This document shows positions 17,754 to 27,700 of a DNA stretch of 50,261 bases, in pieces; position 1 is the first letter of the stretch; every line of letters begins with the position of its first letter. The notes beneath the pieces are model-generated. The model searched no databases. It was not told the DNA's origin and saw nothing but the letters and a program-made list of their open reading frames with translations. Origin of the DNA: an uncultured bacterium (GTDB taxonomy: Bacteria > Verrucomicrobiota > Kiritimatiellia > PWTM01); contig CALGXT010000069.1 in NCBI GenBank assembly GCA_937935255.1, positions 1-50,261 of the forward strand, written 5' to 3'. Made by a program: the position numbers and the translations under genes.

Positions 17754-18026
17754 TCAATCCGCGGCCGCCGCGCGGCATTCGCGTTTGACCTCCGCGGGAA
17801 TCAACGCGAGGGCGAGTCCGATGAGACCGGGCACGACCAGCAGATCGTCCAATTGGCCCAGGATCGGGATCGCGTCGGGGATGAGGTCCACGGGCGAGAC
17901 GAGATACGCCAGCGCCGCGCCGAGCAGCCAGCGGGAGGCGCGCGGCGTGCGCCGGTGCCGCAGGAGCGCGCGGTAGAAGGATATTTCCCGTCGGATGCGC
18001 GCCATCATTCGCCTCGGCCCGTTCAT
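17754..18026 (-). CDS. YkvA/DUF1232 family membrane protein
   Basis: ALAYLVSPVDLIPDAIPILGQLDDL motif. Confidence 0.9.
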   Translation of the reverse strand: MNGPRRMMARIRREISFYRALLRHRRTPRASRWLLGAALAYLVSPVDLIPDAIPILGQLDDLLVVPGLIGLALALIPAEVKRECRAAAAD

Positions 18027-18039
18027 GGTCGGCGCCGAA

Positions 18040-18822
18040 TCAGCCGCGCGGGACGCGGCGGCTGGCGGCTTCGAGGGTGGCGCGCTCGCGGCGGGTGAGA
18101 CGGTCAATGCCCTCGCGCGCGACTTTGTCGAGGATGCGGTCTACCTCCGCCAGGTCCACTGCTCCGGAGACCGTTCCCGAGGAGCGTCGCGGCCGGAGGG
18201 ACAACGCGAGGGAGAAACCGCGCGCGTTGACGGCGGCATAAATCGCGCCGGCGATGCCGCCGGCCAGGTGGGCCGAGTGCGCGATGCCGCCCTCGACGCC
18301 CTGAATAAGATAGAGCAATTCGACTACGCCGAAGATCACCGCCAGCACCCAGGCCTTGAAGGTTACGAACGGCAGGAAGAGCAGGCTCACGGGGCGGTTG
18401 GGATAGATCGTCGCGAATGCGGCGATCACTCCGAAGACCGCGCCCGACGCGCCCAGACAGAACTGGCGGGGACTGATCAACACGAATCCGACGCCGCCAA
18501 GGATGCCGCTCAACAGGTAGAGCGCGGCGAAGTGGCGCGATCCCATGGCGCGCTCGGTTTCGGGACCGAGCGAGTAGAGCGCGAACATGTTCATCAAAAG
18601 ATGCGAGAGGTTGCCGTGCAGGAACTGGTAGGTCAGCAATTGCCAAATCCAGCCCGCGCGCAATCCCATGCCGCTGAGGGCGAACAGAGCGGTATACACC
18701 CGACCATATCCGGACACCTGCGCCAGGATTTGCAGGATGAACACGACGCCGTTCGCGATGAGCAGGTTGCGGACCGTGCGTGGAAAACCGCTCTCGCGAT
18801 ACCAGGTGTGCGACTCGAGCAT
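18040..18822 (-). CDS. Rhomboid family intramembrane serine protease with a short C-terminal domain
   Basis: WQLLTYQFLHG, HLLMNM, GASG, AHLAGG; C-terminal EVDRILDKV. Confidence 0.92.
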   Translation of the reverse strand: MLESHTWYRESGFPRTVRNLLIANGVVFILQILAQVSGYGRVYTALFALSGMGLRAGWIWQLLTYQFLHGNLSHLLMNMFALYSLGPETERAMGSRHFAALYLLSGILGGVGFVLISPRQFCLGASGAVFGVIAAFATIYPNRPVSLLFLPFVTFKAWVLAVIFGVVELLYLIQGVEGGIAHSAHLAGGIAGAIYAAVNARGFSLALSLRPRRSSGTVSGAVDLAEVDRILDKVAREGIDRLTRRERATLEAASRRVPRG

Positions 18823-18828
18823 GCGGAA

Positions 18829-19509
18829 TCAGACCGTGGCCGCGGGCGCTTCCGCGAGGGCCATCTCGGCGACCTCCTCCGCGGCCTCCACGGCGGCCTC
18901 CATGGCCGTTTGTTTGCGCTCCGCATGATCTTGAAAACCGAGCGCGTTCTGTCCGTCCGCCCACGCGATGGTCAGGTCGTTGATGCCGATGAAGCCGAAA
19001 ACCGCGGAGATTTCGGCGGTCAGCGCGTCGCGCGGATCGCCCTCCTGGTAGGCGCCGCCGGAAGAGACGAGCAGCACGATTTTACGGATATGATGCAGCG
19101 GCTTTACGGAAAAACCGCCGCCCTCGGCCGGCTCGAAGGCGAAGGTCAGATTGGGCGCGATGACCTGGTCAATCCAGGCCTTCAATATGGCCGGCACGCT
19201 GAAATTCCACATCGGGAGCGTCAGCACCAGCACATCGGCCGCATTGAAAAGTTCGGCGTGGCGGACCGCATAGGCCGTCGCATTCTTTTCGGCTTTGGTG
19301 GGGGCGTAGCCGGGGTTCATCAGCGGCATCCACAGCGCCCGAAACGCAGGGTAGTCGAGGAAGGGCGGGGGATCCTGGTAGAGGTCCACGTTGTTGAGCT
19401 CGGCGTCGGGATATTTCTGGACGAGCTCCGACATGAACTCGGCCGACAATTGCTTCGAGACCGACTCCTCCACCGGTTTCGGATTCGCGCAGATATGCAA
19501 TATATTCAT
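18829..19509 (-). CDS. azoR: FMN-dependent NADH:quinone oxidoreductase/azoreductase
   Basis: ADVLVLTLPMWNFSVPAILKAWIDQ, SSGGAY, GFIGI. Confidence 0.88.
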   Translation of the reverse strand: MNILHICANPKPVEESVSKQLSAEFMSELVQKYPDAELNNVDLYQDPPPFLDYPAFRALWMPLMNPGYAPTKAEKNATAYAVRHAELFNAADVLVLTLPMWNFSVPAILKAWIDQVIAPNLTFAFEPAEGGGFSVKPLHHIRKIVLLVSSGGAYQEGDPRDALTAEISAVFGFIGINDLTIAWADGQNALGFQDHAERKQTAMEAAVEAAEEVAEMALAEAPAATV

Positions 19510-19542
19510 CAGATTTCCTTCCGTCTCTTCCGTTGTGCCGCC

Positions 19543-20745
19543 TCAAAAAAACACACTCTCCGCGGCGGGCGACCCCGCCGGCGCCGTGAACAGTTTGGCC
19601 ATATAGCTCTCGAGGTCCCGGTCGTACTCGGAATCTTTGCCGAGAATAGTAAGTTGTTTGTGCAGTAATGCAAGCCCTCCGCTGCCCGATTCGGCGTCCT
19701 GCGCGGAGGCGAATCGGCGCGCGGGGTCGGGGTCAATGAATTTGAGCAGCATGTCCACGAAATCGCTGTTGCGCCGGACGTGCGGCGGGAGAAGGCCGGG
19801 CAGTTTTTTGGGCAGTTGCATCTTGAATTCGAGCATCGCGGCCTCGTTCATGCGGCTATAGTCGGTCAGCGCTTCGCCGCGCAGCAGCTCGATGCCGACG
19901 AGTCCGGTGCTGTAGATATCGGATTGGACGTAATAGCGCTCGCGGCGGTGGATTTCCGGCGCCATATAAACCGGGCTGCCGAGCAGGAAGGTGATGGGTT
20001 CGTTGACCTGCGTCGCGCGGCCGAAATCCACCATCTTCACATAGCCGAGCTTGTCGCACATGATGTTCGAGGGCTTCACATCGCCGTGGATGTAGCCGGT
20101 ATCGTGCAGGGCTTCGATGCCGCGGAGCGCCTGCCGCAGAATGTAAAGGGCCACGCCGGGTTGCACACGGAACTTGCCGTCCTCGAAGCGAAAGATCACG
20201 TCGGTGAAGCGCGACCATTCCTCGGGCGTCGAGCGCGCCTTGACCTTCTCGAAGTGGTTGCCGTAAAGCAGACGTTGAAGATCGAGCCCGTCAATCGCCT
20301 CCATCTGCACGTAGCCGATGCCGTCGTTCTCCTCATACACGTCGCGCCCGACGAGGTTCGGCGCGTTGAGCGATTGCAGCCGCGAGATTTGAGCGGCCAG
20401 CCGGCCCATGTCCGTCCAGTAGCGCTTGACGGTTTTGTAGATCGAAGGGTCGAACAGCTTGATGGCATGGCGCGTCCGGCAGCCCCGCGCGCCCTGACGG
20501 TAGCATAAGAACACAATACCCTGCCGCCCGCGCCCCAGCTCTCGGTCGAACTGATAGGCGACAGGATAATAGATGGCGCGGGCCTTGATGATCGCATTAT
20601 AATTGGCGATCAATTGCTCGACGCCGCGCCCGGCCCAGCGAGAGGGGACCTCGGCCTCCGCCGCCGGCGTGACCGCCTCGGTGACCGTTTCCCGCCCCGC
20701 GTCCCGTCCGGGCAACGCTTCCACATCTGGCCAAAGCACATCCAT
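19543..20745 (-). CDS. Hanks-type Ser/Thr protein kinase, soluble single domain (start could be as far up as 20784)
   Basis: GRGRQG, AIK, HGDVKPSN, DFG, YMAPE, SDIYSTG, DPDPARRF. Confidence 0.92.
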   Translation of the reverse strand: MDVLWPDVEALPGRDAGRETVTEAVTPAAEAEVPSRWAGRGVEQLIANYNAIIKARAIYYPVAYQFDRELGRGRQGIVFLCYRQGARGCRTRHAIKLFDPSIYKTVKRYWTDMGRLAAQISRLQSLNAPNLVGRDVYEENDGIGYVQMEAIDGLDLQRLLYGNHFEKVKARSTPEEWSRFTDVIFRFEDGKFRVQPGVALYILRQALRGIEALHDTGYIHGDVKPSNIMCDKLGYVKMVDFGRATQVNEPITFLLGSPVYMAPEIHRRERYYVQSDIYSTGLVGIELLRGEALTDYSRMNEAAMLEFKMQLPKKLPGLLPPHVRRNSDFVDMLLKFIDPDPARRFASAQDAESGSGGLALLHKQLTILGKDSEYDRDLESYMAKLFTAPAGSPAAESVFF

Positions 20746-20839
20746 GACGGGCGGATAGTGTACGGACGCCGGCGCGGAAGGCAATGCGATTCGCGTCAGC
20801 CAAACCTCGCCGGATACCTGCGGTAAGGGTGCCTATTGC

Positions 20840-20955
20840 CTGTCCCCAATCGCTCGGGGACAGTGCGCAGGGGACAGAGATGAACTCGTAAGTCTTTGAC
20901 AGGCAACATTCGGCTTTTTTGACGGAGCGATGGGGGCGGGACGATGGGGACAGAC
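20840..20955. repeat. Cluster of GGGGACAG motifs including the inverted pair ctgtcccc-N8-ggggacag
   Basis: Inverted pair at 20840-20863; further copies at 20870 and 20946. Confidence 0.65.
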
Positions 20956-21025
20956 AACCTGTGGCCATCAGAGGCCCTTGAGTGGAACGGAAGATGTCTG
21001 CGTTGTCCATTTTTTTGCTTGTAGG

Positions 21026-21039
21026 TGAACGATCGTTCA
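21026..21039. promoter_or_regulatory. Putative LexA operator TGAAC-GATC-GTTCA
   Basis: Perfect 14-bp palindrome with a GAAC-N4-GTTC core, just after TTGCTT (21015-21020) and about 45 bp upstream of the lexA start. Confidence 0.7.
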
Positions 21040-21083
21040 TTTATATGGTCGAGCAACGGGATATACGCGAAAGGACTGATGCC

Positions 21084-21671
21084 ATGCCGCGAACTCTCAA
21101 TATCGGCGAGCGCGTTCGGGCGCTGCGGGTCTTTCTCCGAAATGAAGGTCGGCTGCCGTCCTACGACGAAATGAGGGCGATCTTCCAGTATCGCTCTAAA
21201 AACGCTGTTTTCGGCGTCGTACGAAAGCTGGTCGAGCTTGGCTATCTCCGGCGCGGGGCGGGGGGGCGTTTGGCGCCGACCCCGCGCCTGTCGGCGGCGA
21301 CCCGACTGCTGGGCGCCGTCGCGGCGGGTTTCCCTTCGCCCGCCGAAGAGGAACTCGTCAACACCATGAGCCTCGATGAATTTCTCGTCGAGCGGCCGGA
21401 AGCGACCTTTCTGCTCACGGTCAGCGGCGATTCGATGATCGAGGCCGGCATTCAGCCGGGCGATCTGGTGCTGGTGGAGAAAGGACGCACGCCGCGCAAC
21501 GGCGACATCGTCGTCGCGCAAGTGGACGACGAATGGACCCTGAAATATTTTCGCCGCGATGCGGACGGCGTTCATCTCGATCCGGCCAATAGCGCCTACG
21601 CGCCCATCCGACCGAAACGCTCGCTCGTCGTCGGCGGCGTGGTGCGGGCCGTCGTCCGAAAATACCCGTGA
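21084..21671 (+). CDS. lexA: LexA-family repressor (winged HTH + S24 peptidase)
   Basis: PSYDEM...SKNAV...LVELGYL HTH; VAAGFPSPA cleavage site; GDSM catalytic Ser; TLK catalytic Lys. Confidence 0.88.
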   Translation: MPRTLNIGERVRALRVFLRNEGRLPSYDEMRAIFQYRSKNAVFGVVRKLVELGYLRRGAGGRLAPTPRLSAATRLLGAVAAGFPSPAEEELVNTMSLDEFLVERPEATFLLTVSGDSMIEAGIQPGDLVLVEKGRTPRNGDIVVAQVDDEWTLKYFRRDADGVHLDPANSAYAPIRPKRSLVVGGVVRAVVRKYP

Positions 21672-21758
21672 ACCGCGCGTTCTTTCCTGTTTGATTTCGC
21701 AAGGCCGAGCGCCGATACTGCAAGCCGCGGGCGCGAGGCGTCCGCGAAGGAGACGTTT

Positions 21759-22388
21759 ATGCGAAGGACAGGGATCGTTTTTGCGAGCGTGGTGATCATC
21801 GCAGCGTCGGCGGCGCGCGCACAATCGGAAGCGCCGACGTCCGCCGACCCCGTCGAGTGGTCCGTGGAAGTTTCGTATCGCCAGCTCGGACTCGGGGACT
21901 TTGACGTCTATAAAAACAGCATCGCGGTCGAAGCCCAGCACCGAAACTGGTTTTGGAGCAACCACGGCGTCGCATTCGCGGCGGGCGCGGAGCGGATAAC
22001 GACCGATTCCGGCAGCCGGGACTGGGCCGGCCGTCCCAGTGGCGAGTTGAATCTTTTCTCGGTCGGTCTTTCCTGGGTGGGATTGATCTTTGAGGGCGAG
22101 AGCGATGTGTGGACCGTCGAGGCCGGCTTGCGGTTTCATTGGGCGCAATCCGACCTCAAACTGCGGGTCGGGCCGGACGATCGCAACGTCGAAGTCGGCA
22201 ACGGGTTGACCGGTTTGCTGGCGCTGGGCTATGAGCGGCGGCTGACGGAGACCCTGTCGCTGACCGTCGGCTTGAGCTATCGGCCGGACATCCTCGTCGG
22301 CGACGCCGAATTCGAGGGCGGCGGCAAACTTCGCGACAATAAACTCGAGGCCTGGGGCGCGCACCTCGGCCTGCGTTGGCGCCTATGA
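21759..22388 (+). CDS. Outer membrane beta-barrel protein
   Basis: Signal peptide ending ARA; alternating beta-strand pattern; C-terminal HLGLRWRL; aaggag RBS. Confidence 0.7.
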   Translation: MRRTGIVFASVVIIAASAARAQSEAPTSADPVEWSVEVSYRQLGLGDFDVYKNSIAVEAQHRNWFWSNHGVAFAAGAERITTDSGSRDWAGRPSGELNLFSVGLSWVGLIFEGESDVWTVEAGLRFHWAQSDLKLRVGPDDRNVEVGNGLTGLLALGYERRLTETLSLTVGLSYRPDILVGDAEFEGGGKLRDNKLEAWGAHLGLRWRL

Positions 22389-22999
22389 CCTCCCGTGCTG
22401 CCGATGCTCCCGCGCCGCGCCGCGCCGAGGTCCGGCGGACAACGCGCGAGACGGATATCGCCGTCCGCCTCGATGTGGACGGCGAAGGGGCCTCCACAAT
22501 CGAGACGGGGATTCCGTTCCTCAACCACATGCTGGAGTTGTTCGCAAAGCACGGTCTGTTCGATCTCACGATCCGCGCGACGGGCGATTTGGCCGTGGAT
22601 TACCATCACACGGTCGAGGACCTGGGCTTGGTGCTGGGGGACGCGCTGAATCAGGCGCTCGGTGACCGCAAGGGTATCGTCCGCTACGGTTGGGCTGCGC
22701 TGCCGATGGACGAGTCGCTGAGTCTCGTGGCGGTGGATTTGGGCGGACGTCCTTTCCTCGTCTATGAAATCGCCAACCGCACAAAGCGCATTCGCGATTT
22801 CAATGTCGGTCTGATCGAGGAATTCTTCCGCGCTTTCGTGACGCAGGCGCGCATGAACCTGCACATCGCGCACTTGTACGGGCGCGAGCCGCACCACGCC
22901 TACGAGTCGGTGTTCAAAGGCGTCGCGCGGGCGCTCTCCGCCGCGTGCGCGCGCGACCCGCGGGTGCGCGGCGTGCCCTCCAGCAAGGGCGTACTCTGA
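22385..22999 (+). CDS. hisB: Imidazoleglycerol-phosphate dehydratase
   Basis: TGIPFLNHML, DYHHTVED, PMDES, HHAYESVFK, PSSKGVL. Confidence 0.96.
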   Translation: MTSRAADAPAPRRAEVRRTTRETDIAVRLDVDGEGASTIETGIPFLNHMLELFAKHGLFDLTIRATGDLAVDYHHTVEDLGLVLGDALNQALGDRKGIVRYGWAALPMDESLSLVAVDLGGRPFLVYEIANRTKRIRDFNVGLIEEFFRAFVTQARMNLHIAHLYGREPHHAYESVFKGVARALSAACARDPRVRGVPSSKGVL

Positions 23000-23025
23000 T
23001 CCCGCCGGCGGCGGAGCGCGGAACC

Positions 23026-24336
23026 GTGGCGATCCTTGCGCGATGGCGGGAGCGGCTGAAGGCCGATCCTTTCCTTCGCGACAGCGTGCTTTTGTGGTTT
23101 TCCGCGCAGTTCGGCAATGCGGCGAACCTGCTGTTTCAACTGGCGATGTTTCGCCGGTTGCCTGTCGCCGAGTATGGCGCATTGATGGCGGTGACGGGCG
23201 CTACGCTTTCCGCCGCGTTGCCCCTGGAGTCGCTTCGCGCGGCAGTCGCGCGGCAGATCGCCGCGGCCGCGGCCGACGGCGCGGATGTGGCCCGGCTGCG
23301 CCGGATACTGGCGCGGTGGACTCTCGGCCCGACGGTCGCCGCGGCGGCGATTGTCGTCCTGGGATGGGCGGGCGCCGATGCGCTGGCGGCGCGGTGGACC
23401 CTGGCGGATCGGTCGCTCGTTCCCATCGGCGCCGCCGCACTGGCGGCGTCGCTCTTTCCGGCCCTGCTGGGCGGAACCCTGCAAGGTTTGCGGCGGTTCG
23501 GATGGTATGCGGCGATCGGCCCCGCCTTTGGCTTCGGGCGCCTGGCGGCGGCGAGCCTCTTGGTGTTCGCGCTATCGGCGACGGCGGCGCCTGCGGCGGC
23601 AGGGCACGCCCTCGGCATCGCGGGCGCCGCGCTCGTCGGCGCGTTCGGGGTTCGCGCGGCGCTGGGGCGACCTCATGCAGGTTCCGCGACGGCTTCGAAC
23701 GCCTCCGCCGACGCGGGCTATTTTCTTCGAGGATTGCCGCCGCTGCTGGCCTTCGGTGTGCTGTTGAATGCCGACACGCCGTTGGCCAAGTTCGGTCTGA
23801 ATCCCGATATCGCCGGCGCCTTCGCGCGCGCGGCGACGATCGCGCGGACCATCATCTTTCTGCCCATGCCGATCGCAATGGCCGTTTTTCCCCGGATCGC
23901 CGCGCGCGTCGAATCGGCCGCGGAGCGACGCTGGCTGGAACGCCGCGCGGCGATTTGGACCGGAGCGATGGGGTTGGGGGCCGCCGCGGGCGTTTGCGCG
24001 CTGGCGGGTCCGCTCTGGAGTTTCTTCGCGGGGCGCGCGCCGACATCGGAGGAAACGAACCTCGTGCGAGTGCTGGCCCTGGCGATGGCGCCTCTTGCCG
24101 GGGTCTGGCTGCAACTCAATGTGTTGCTCGCGAAAGGCCGATGGAGAGCGGCCTTGTGGCTCCTGCCGCTCGCGGCGGCCTATGCGGCGATCGCGCTCCG
24201 GCCGGGCGCGACCCCCGGGCGCATTGCGCTCGCGCTGGGCTTTTGCGCCTGGGCTTCCTGGCCGGCGCTCGCGCTGGCCGGGGCCGCCGGGAGCGGATGC
24301 CGATGCGAAGGGAAAACGCGCGGCAAGCGTCCGTGA
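23026..24336 (+). CDS. Polysaccharide flippase (Wzx/MATE-like); start uncertain
   Basis: About 12 TMs; ANLLFQLAMFRRLPVAEYG, GTLQGLRRF, AIAMAVFP-like segment. Confidence 0.7.
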   Translation: MAILARWRERLKADPFLRDSVLLWFSAQFGNAANLLFQLAMFRRLPVAEYGALMAVTGATLSAALPLESLRAAVARQIAAAAADGADVARLRRILARWTLGPTVAAAAIVVLGWAGADALAARWTLADRSLVPIGAAALAASLFPALLGGTLQGLRRFGWYAAIGPAFGFGRLAAASLLVFALSATAAPAAAGHALGIAGAALVGAFGVRAALGRPHAGSATASNASADAGYFLRGLPPLLAFGVLLNADTPLAKFGLNPDIAGAFARAATIARTIIFLPMPIAMAVFPRIAARVESAAERRWLERRAAIWTGAMGLGAAAGVCALAGPLWSFFAGRAPTSEETNLVRVLALAMAPLAGVWLQLNVLLAKGRWRAALWLLPLAAAYAAIALRPGATPGRIALALGFCAWASWPALALAGAAGSGCRCEGKTRGKRP

Positions 24337-24404
24337 GCGGTCCGGAAACGAGGTTGAGCGAAACTAAACCGCGCGTCTCCAATATCCGGATGCATGTTTC
24401 GGGA

Positions 24405-24434
24405 CTATCTCACACTTTCGAATGTGTGAGATAG
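24405..24434. repeat. TCACAC...GTGTGA palindrome with one mismatch
   Basis: ctatctcacac-tttcgaat-gtgtgagatag. Confidence 0.85.
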
Positions 24435-24475
24435 CCCGTGCGCGCATTCCAAGTCCTCTTGTTGTGGTCTGGGCG

Positions 24476-24520
24476 TCCAAGGCTTGGAAATCAAGCGTCC
24501 ATTTTTTCCAAGCCTTGGAA
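24476..24520. repeat. Doublet of (T)TCCAA-N3-TTGGAA palindromes
   Basis: tccaaggcttggaa 24476-24489; ttccaagccttggaa 24506-24520. Confidence 0.8.
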
Positions 24521-24692
24521 GCCGTGAACGGAGGCGGCGTGTTCGCCTCTATTTTTATGTACCTATCAAGCAGTAGTTTAGACAAGTCATTCACGCAGGA
24601 GCGGCGGAAACTAGAAACGAAATCCTGCCGCTCGCCATGCCGTCCGAGTTGAAAGTTCATTTGAGAAGTGTGATTCAAATGATAGTTTTACA

Positions 24693-24724
24693 ACTATCTC
24701 ACACCTTCGAAGGTGTGAGATAGT
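24693..24724. repeat. Perfect 32-bp palindrome (TCACAC...GTGTGA family)
   Basis: actatctcacaccttc|gaaggtgtgagatagt. Confidence 0.9.
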
Positions 24725-24788
24725 CTGATTCGAGAGATCAATGTTTTTTTTGCGATGGGGCGGTCGGTCATTTCGGAGTTCGTTTGAA

Positions 24789-27700
24789 TCAAACCGGCGC
24801 TTGCACCCGCCATTCGAGGTGGGGCGGCGCCATGAGTCCGCAAGGGACCAGTTGATAGGCGGCGATCCGGTCGTTGCCGAGCGGCTGTAATTGATAGGGT
24901 CCCGTCCACCTCGGCCAGCGCTCCGCGAAGTGCAAGGGACCCTGCGAATTTCGTCGGTGCCCAAGAATTTCAATCCCCAGTTCGATCTCCTGGCCGGAAT
25001 GCGCCCATTGGGTGATTTCCACCTCGTACGGCGCCCAGGCGGCCAGCCCCGCGACCTCGCCGTCGCATCGGACGCGCGCCGCGACGCCGCGATAGTCCGG
25101 CAGACGGACGAACACGCGTTCGCCCGGCGCGGCGCTCAAGCGCAGTCGGCGCACATACGTGACGTTGCCCCCATAAAACGGCAGGCCTTGCGCACACCAG
25201 TCGCCGAGATGCAATTCGCGGGGCGTTTCCGTCATCGCGGCGGCCTCGCCTTCCACACGAACGCCGAATTCGCCGAGCAAATAAAGATATTCCAGTCCGC
25301 TGAAATCCTCGGTGTAATCCAGGCGCAGGCGGAGTTCATTGCGCCCCGCGCGGATTTGCCCGGGGTCGAGCGGCAACAGCCGCAGCGATTCATCGGTCCA
25401 CCAGCCGCGATCGGCGTCGGTGTCCACGAGCGCGCCGTTGAGAAGTATCTCGAAGGCCTCCGGCCGCTCGATGCCCAGCGACACGGGGCCGCTCGGCGGG
25501 GTTTCCACATCGAATTCGAAGCGCAGTTCGACGGGGATCGAACGGGGATTCGTCAGCGCCGCGCGCGCCCAGGGTTGCGCCATGGCGCCGCCGCGCCGGG
25601 GAATGCCCATGCGTTCCCGAATCCGACGGTCCGCTTCAAGTACATCGCAGGGCGCCGCTTCCGGCTCGTTGGCGACGCTCAGCGCGCAGCGATCCAATAC
25701 CAGCGCGTTCGGTTCGTCGCGGCGCAACCGCCATGGCCCTTCGGCCAGCGTTTCCCGCCGTGTCGCGACGAGCGCCGCCCGCCGCGGAAGACGAGCGGCG
25801 GCCCGATCCGCGCGTTTGGGCGCGATCCACAAACGGCTGCCCAGCGCCGGCAGGCTTGTGCGAATGAGCCAGCCGTTGCCGGAGCGCTCCGCCTCCGCGG
25901 CAAAGCGCTCGCCGGTAGCCGGGTCGAGTTCGATCGGCGCGCCCCGGCAGCCCGCGAAGGCGCGCACCCGCGCGTCGGGGAACTCCAGTCGGCGATCGCG
26001 GACGGGTGAGGGCGTCGCCTCCGTGTCGAAACGCTCGCCCGTGTTGCATACGAAAAGGTATTGCGCCGCCGCGTCCTCGCGGAGCAAATACAGCGCGGGC
26101 GCGATCTCGCGGCCCTCGGCGTCGGCGATGGAAACGCGGCGCGCGAGCGGCTCGACGGCGGCGAGGAAATCGGAATCGGGCGCATCGAAACGCGGACCCT
26201 CGGCGGCGAAGCGCGCGACCTCGTCGGACGGCGCGGCGTCCACGCAACCGGCCGGCGCCCCCGCAAAAATCACCCGCCCCCCGCGGCGTCGGAAGGCGCG
26301 GAGCAAATCCAAGGTGGTTTTTCGCATGGTGAGCATGGCGGGAACAACGACGACGCGATAGTCGGCCCGGCCGACACGGAGTCGGGGTTCGCCTTTCGTG
26401 CCCGTCACGCGCGCATGGCGCGACAACAATTCTTCGTCGCCGTAATCGAAATCGAGGTGCTGCGCCAGCAGACGGCCGCTGAGGGCGGTCAGCGCCGCGT
26501 CGAGCGCCGAAATTTCCGGGTCTTTCTTCCATCCGGCGCGCACACGCAGCCACACGCTTTCGACCGGATGGATGACGAGCGCGTCCCGCGCCTCGACGCC
26601 GCGCGTCATCACGGCGTGCACGCGCGCGAAGTAATCTTCGACCGCGCCATAGGACTGCCACCAGGGAGAGGCGGGGCCGATGTCCGCCGGATAGTCCCGC
26701 TTCGCCTCGGCGAGCATCGTATACCAGAACAAATGCTGGCAGCGCAGATTGATGCCGAGCGCCGCCTGCCAGTCGCCGAGCGCCTTGTGGCCGGCGAACG
26801 GGAAGTCCCATCCCGTGCAGCCGTACGTTTCCGTCAGCCGCCATTTCCGTCCGAATTGCCGGGCCGCGGAGGAGACCTGTTTGGCGGTGAGATACTCGTT
26901 TCTGCGCTCCGTCAGCAAATCCATGCCGGGCGCTTGCATATGCTCGTAGAAACGCATGCAGGCGCCGACCACGTCGGTCTGGCTCGCCAGCGTTTCCTCC
27001 GCCAACACGTGGCCGGTGAACAACAATCCGTGCCGTTCGCACCATTCGCCGCACTGCCGGGAAAACGATTCCACGAACAGGTGGGTGATGCAATCGTGGT
27101 AGTGATATCGGGCGGGGCTCGCCGTCGCGTCCTCGACATCGAAGACCAGTTCCATCAAGCGGGGAATCACGTCATAGCCGTAGCGCCGGCGGAAGACCGC
27201 GGGCAGCGCCGGTGTCCACGGCAGATTGCACGAGGGTTTGGCGCGATCTCTGAATTCGGCCGGCAGCGCCGTCGAGCCGTAATTCGGCTCGTCGGTGAAA
27301 ATGCCCGGGATGACGCCGCCGAAGTCGCGCCCGAAACGCCGGGCGTAGGCGTCGTGCGTGATGCGCAGAAAGGCTCGGACGGCGGCCGGATTGAGCGTGT
27401 CGAGATAGGTCTGACCGTTGTACCAGGGCGACAGGCCCTGCGTTGCGACCCGGAAGCGAAAGATTTCCTCGCCGTCGGAAACCGCCGTCGGACGCCCGCT
27501 CCGCGGAATTCGCCGCACCGCGCGCGCGCGCGCGCCCTCGGTGCGCGCGATAAAGGCGGCGAGCGTGTCGCGCGTCCAATGAAACTCGCTCGGCTTCGCC
27601 AGCCGCTCGCAAACGAGCGAGCGCATTCGATATCGCGGATCGCGCGTCACCAGCCCGCCCGCGGCGCCGGAGGGCCAGCGATCCTCGTCGTAGAGCCACG

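Noticed and set aside
24620-24630. aaatcctgccg matching the T-arm/3' part of tRNA-Arg (possible att site)
   Set aside because: Only 11 bp, inverted relative to the tRNA gene and on its 5' side; no integrase is present.
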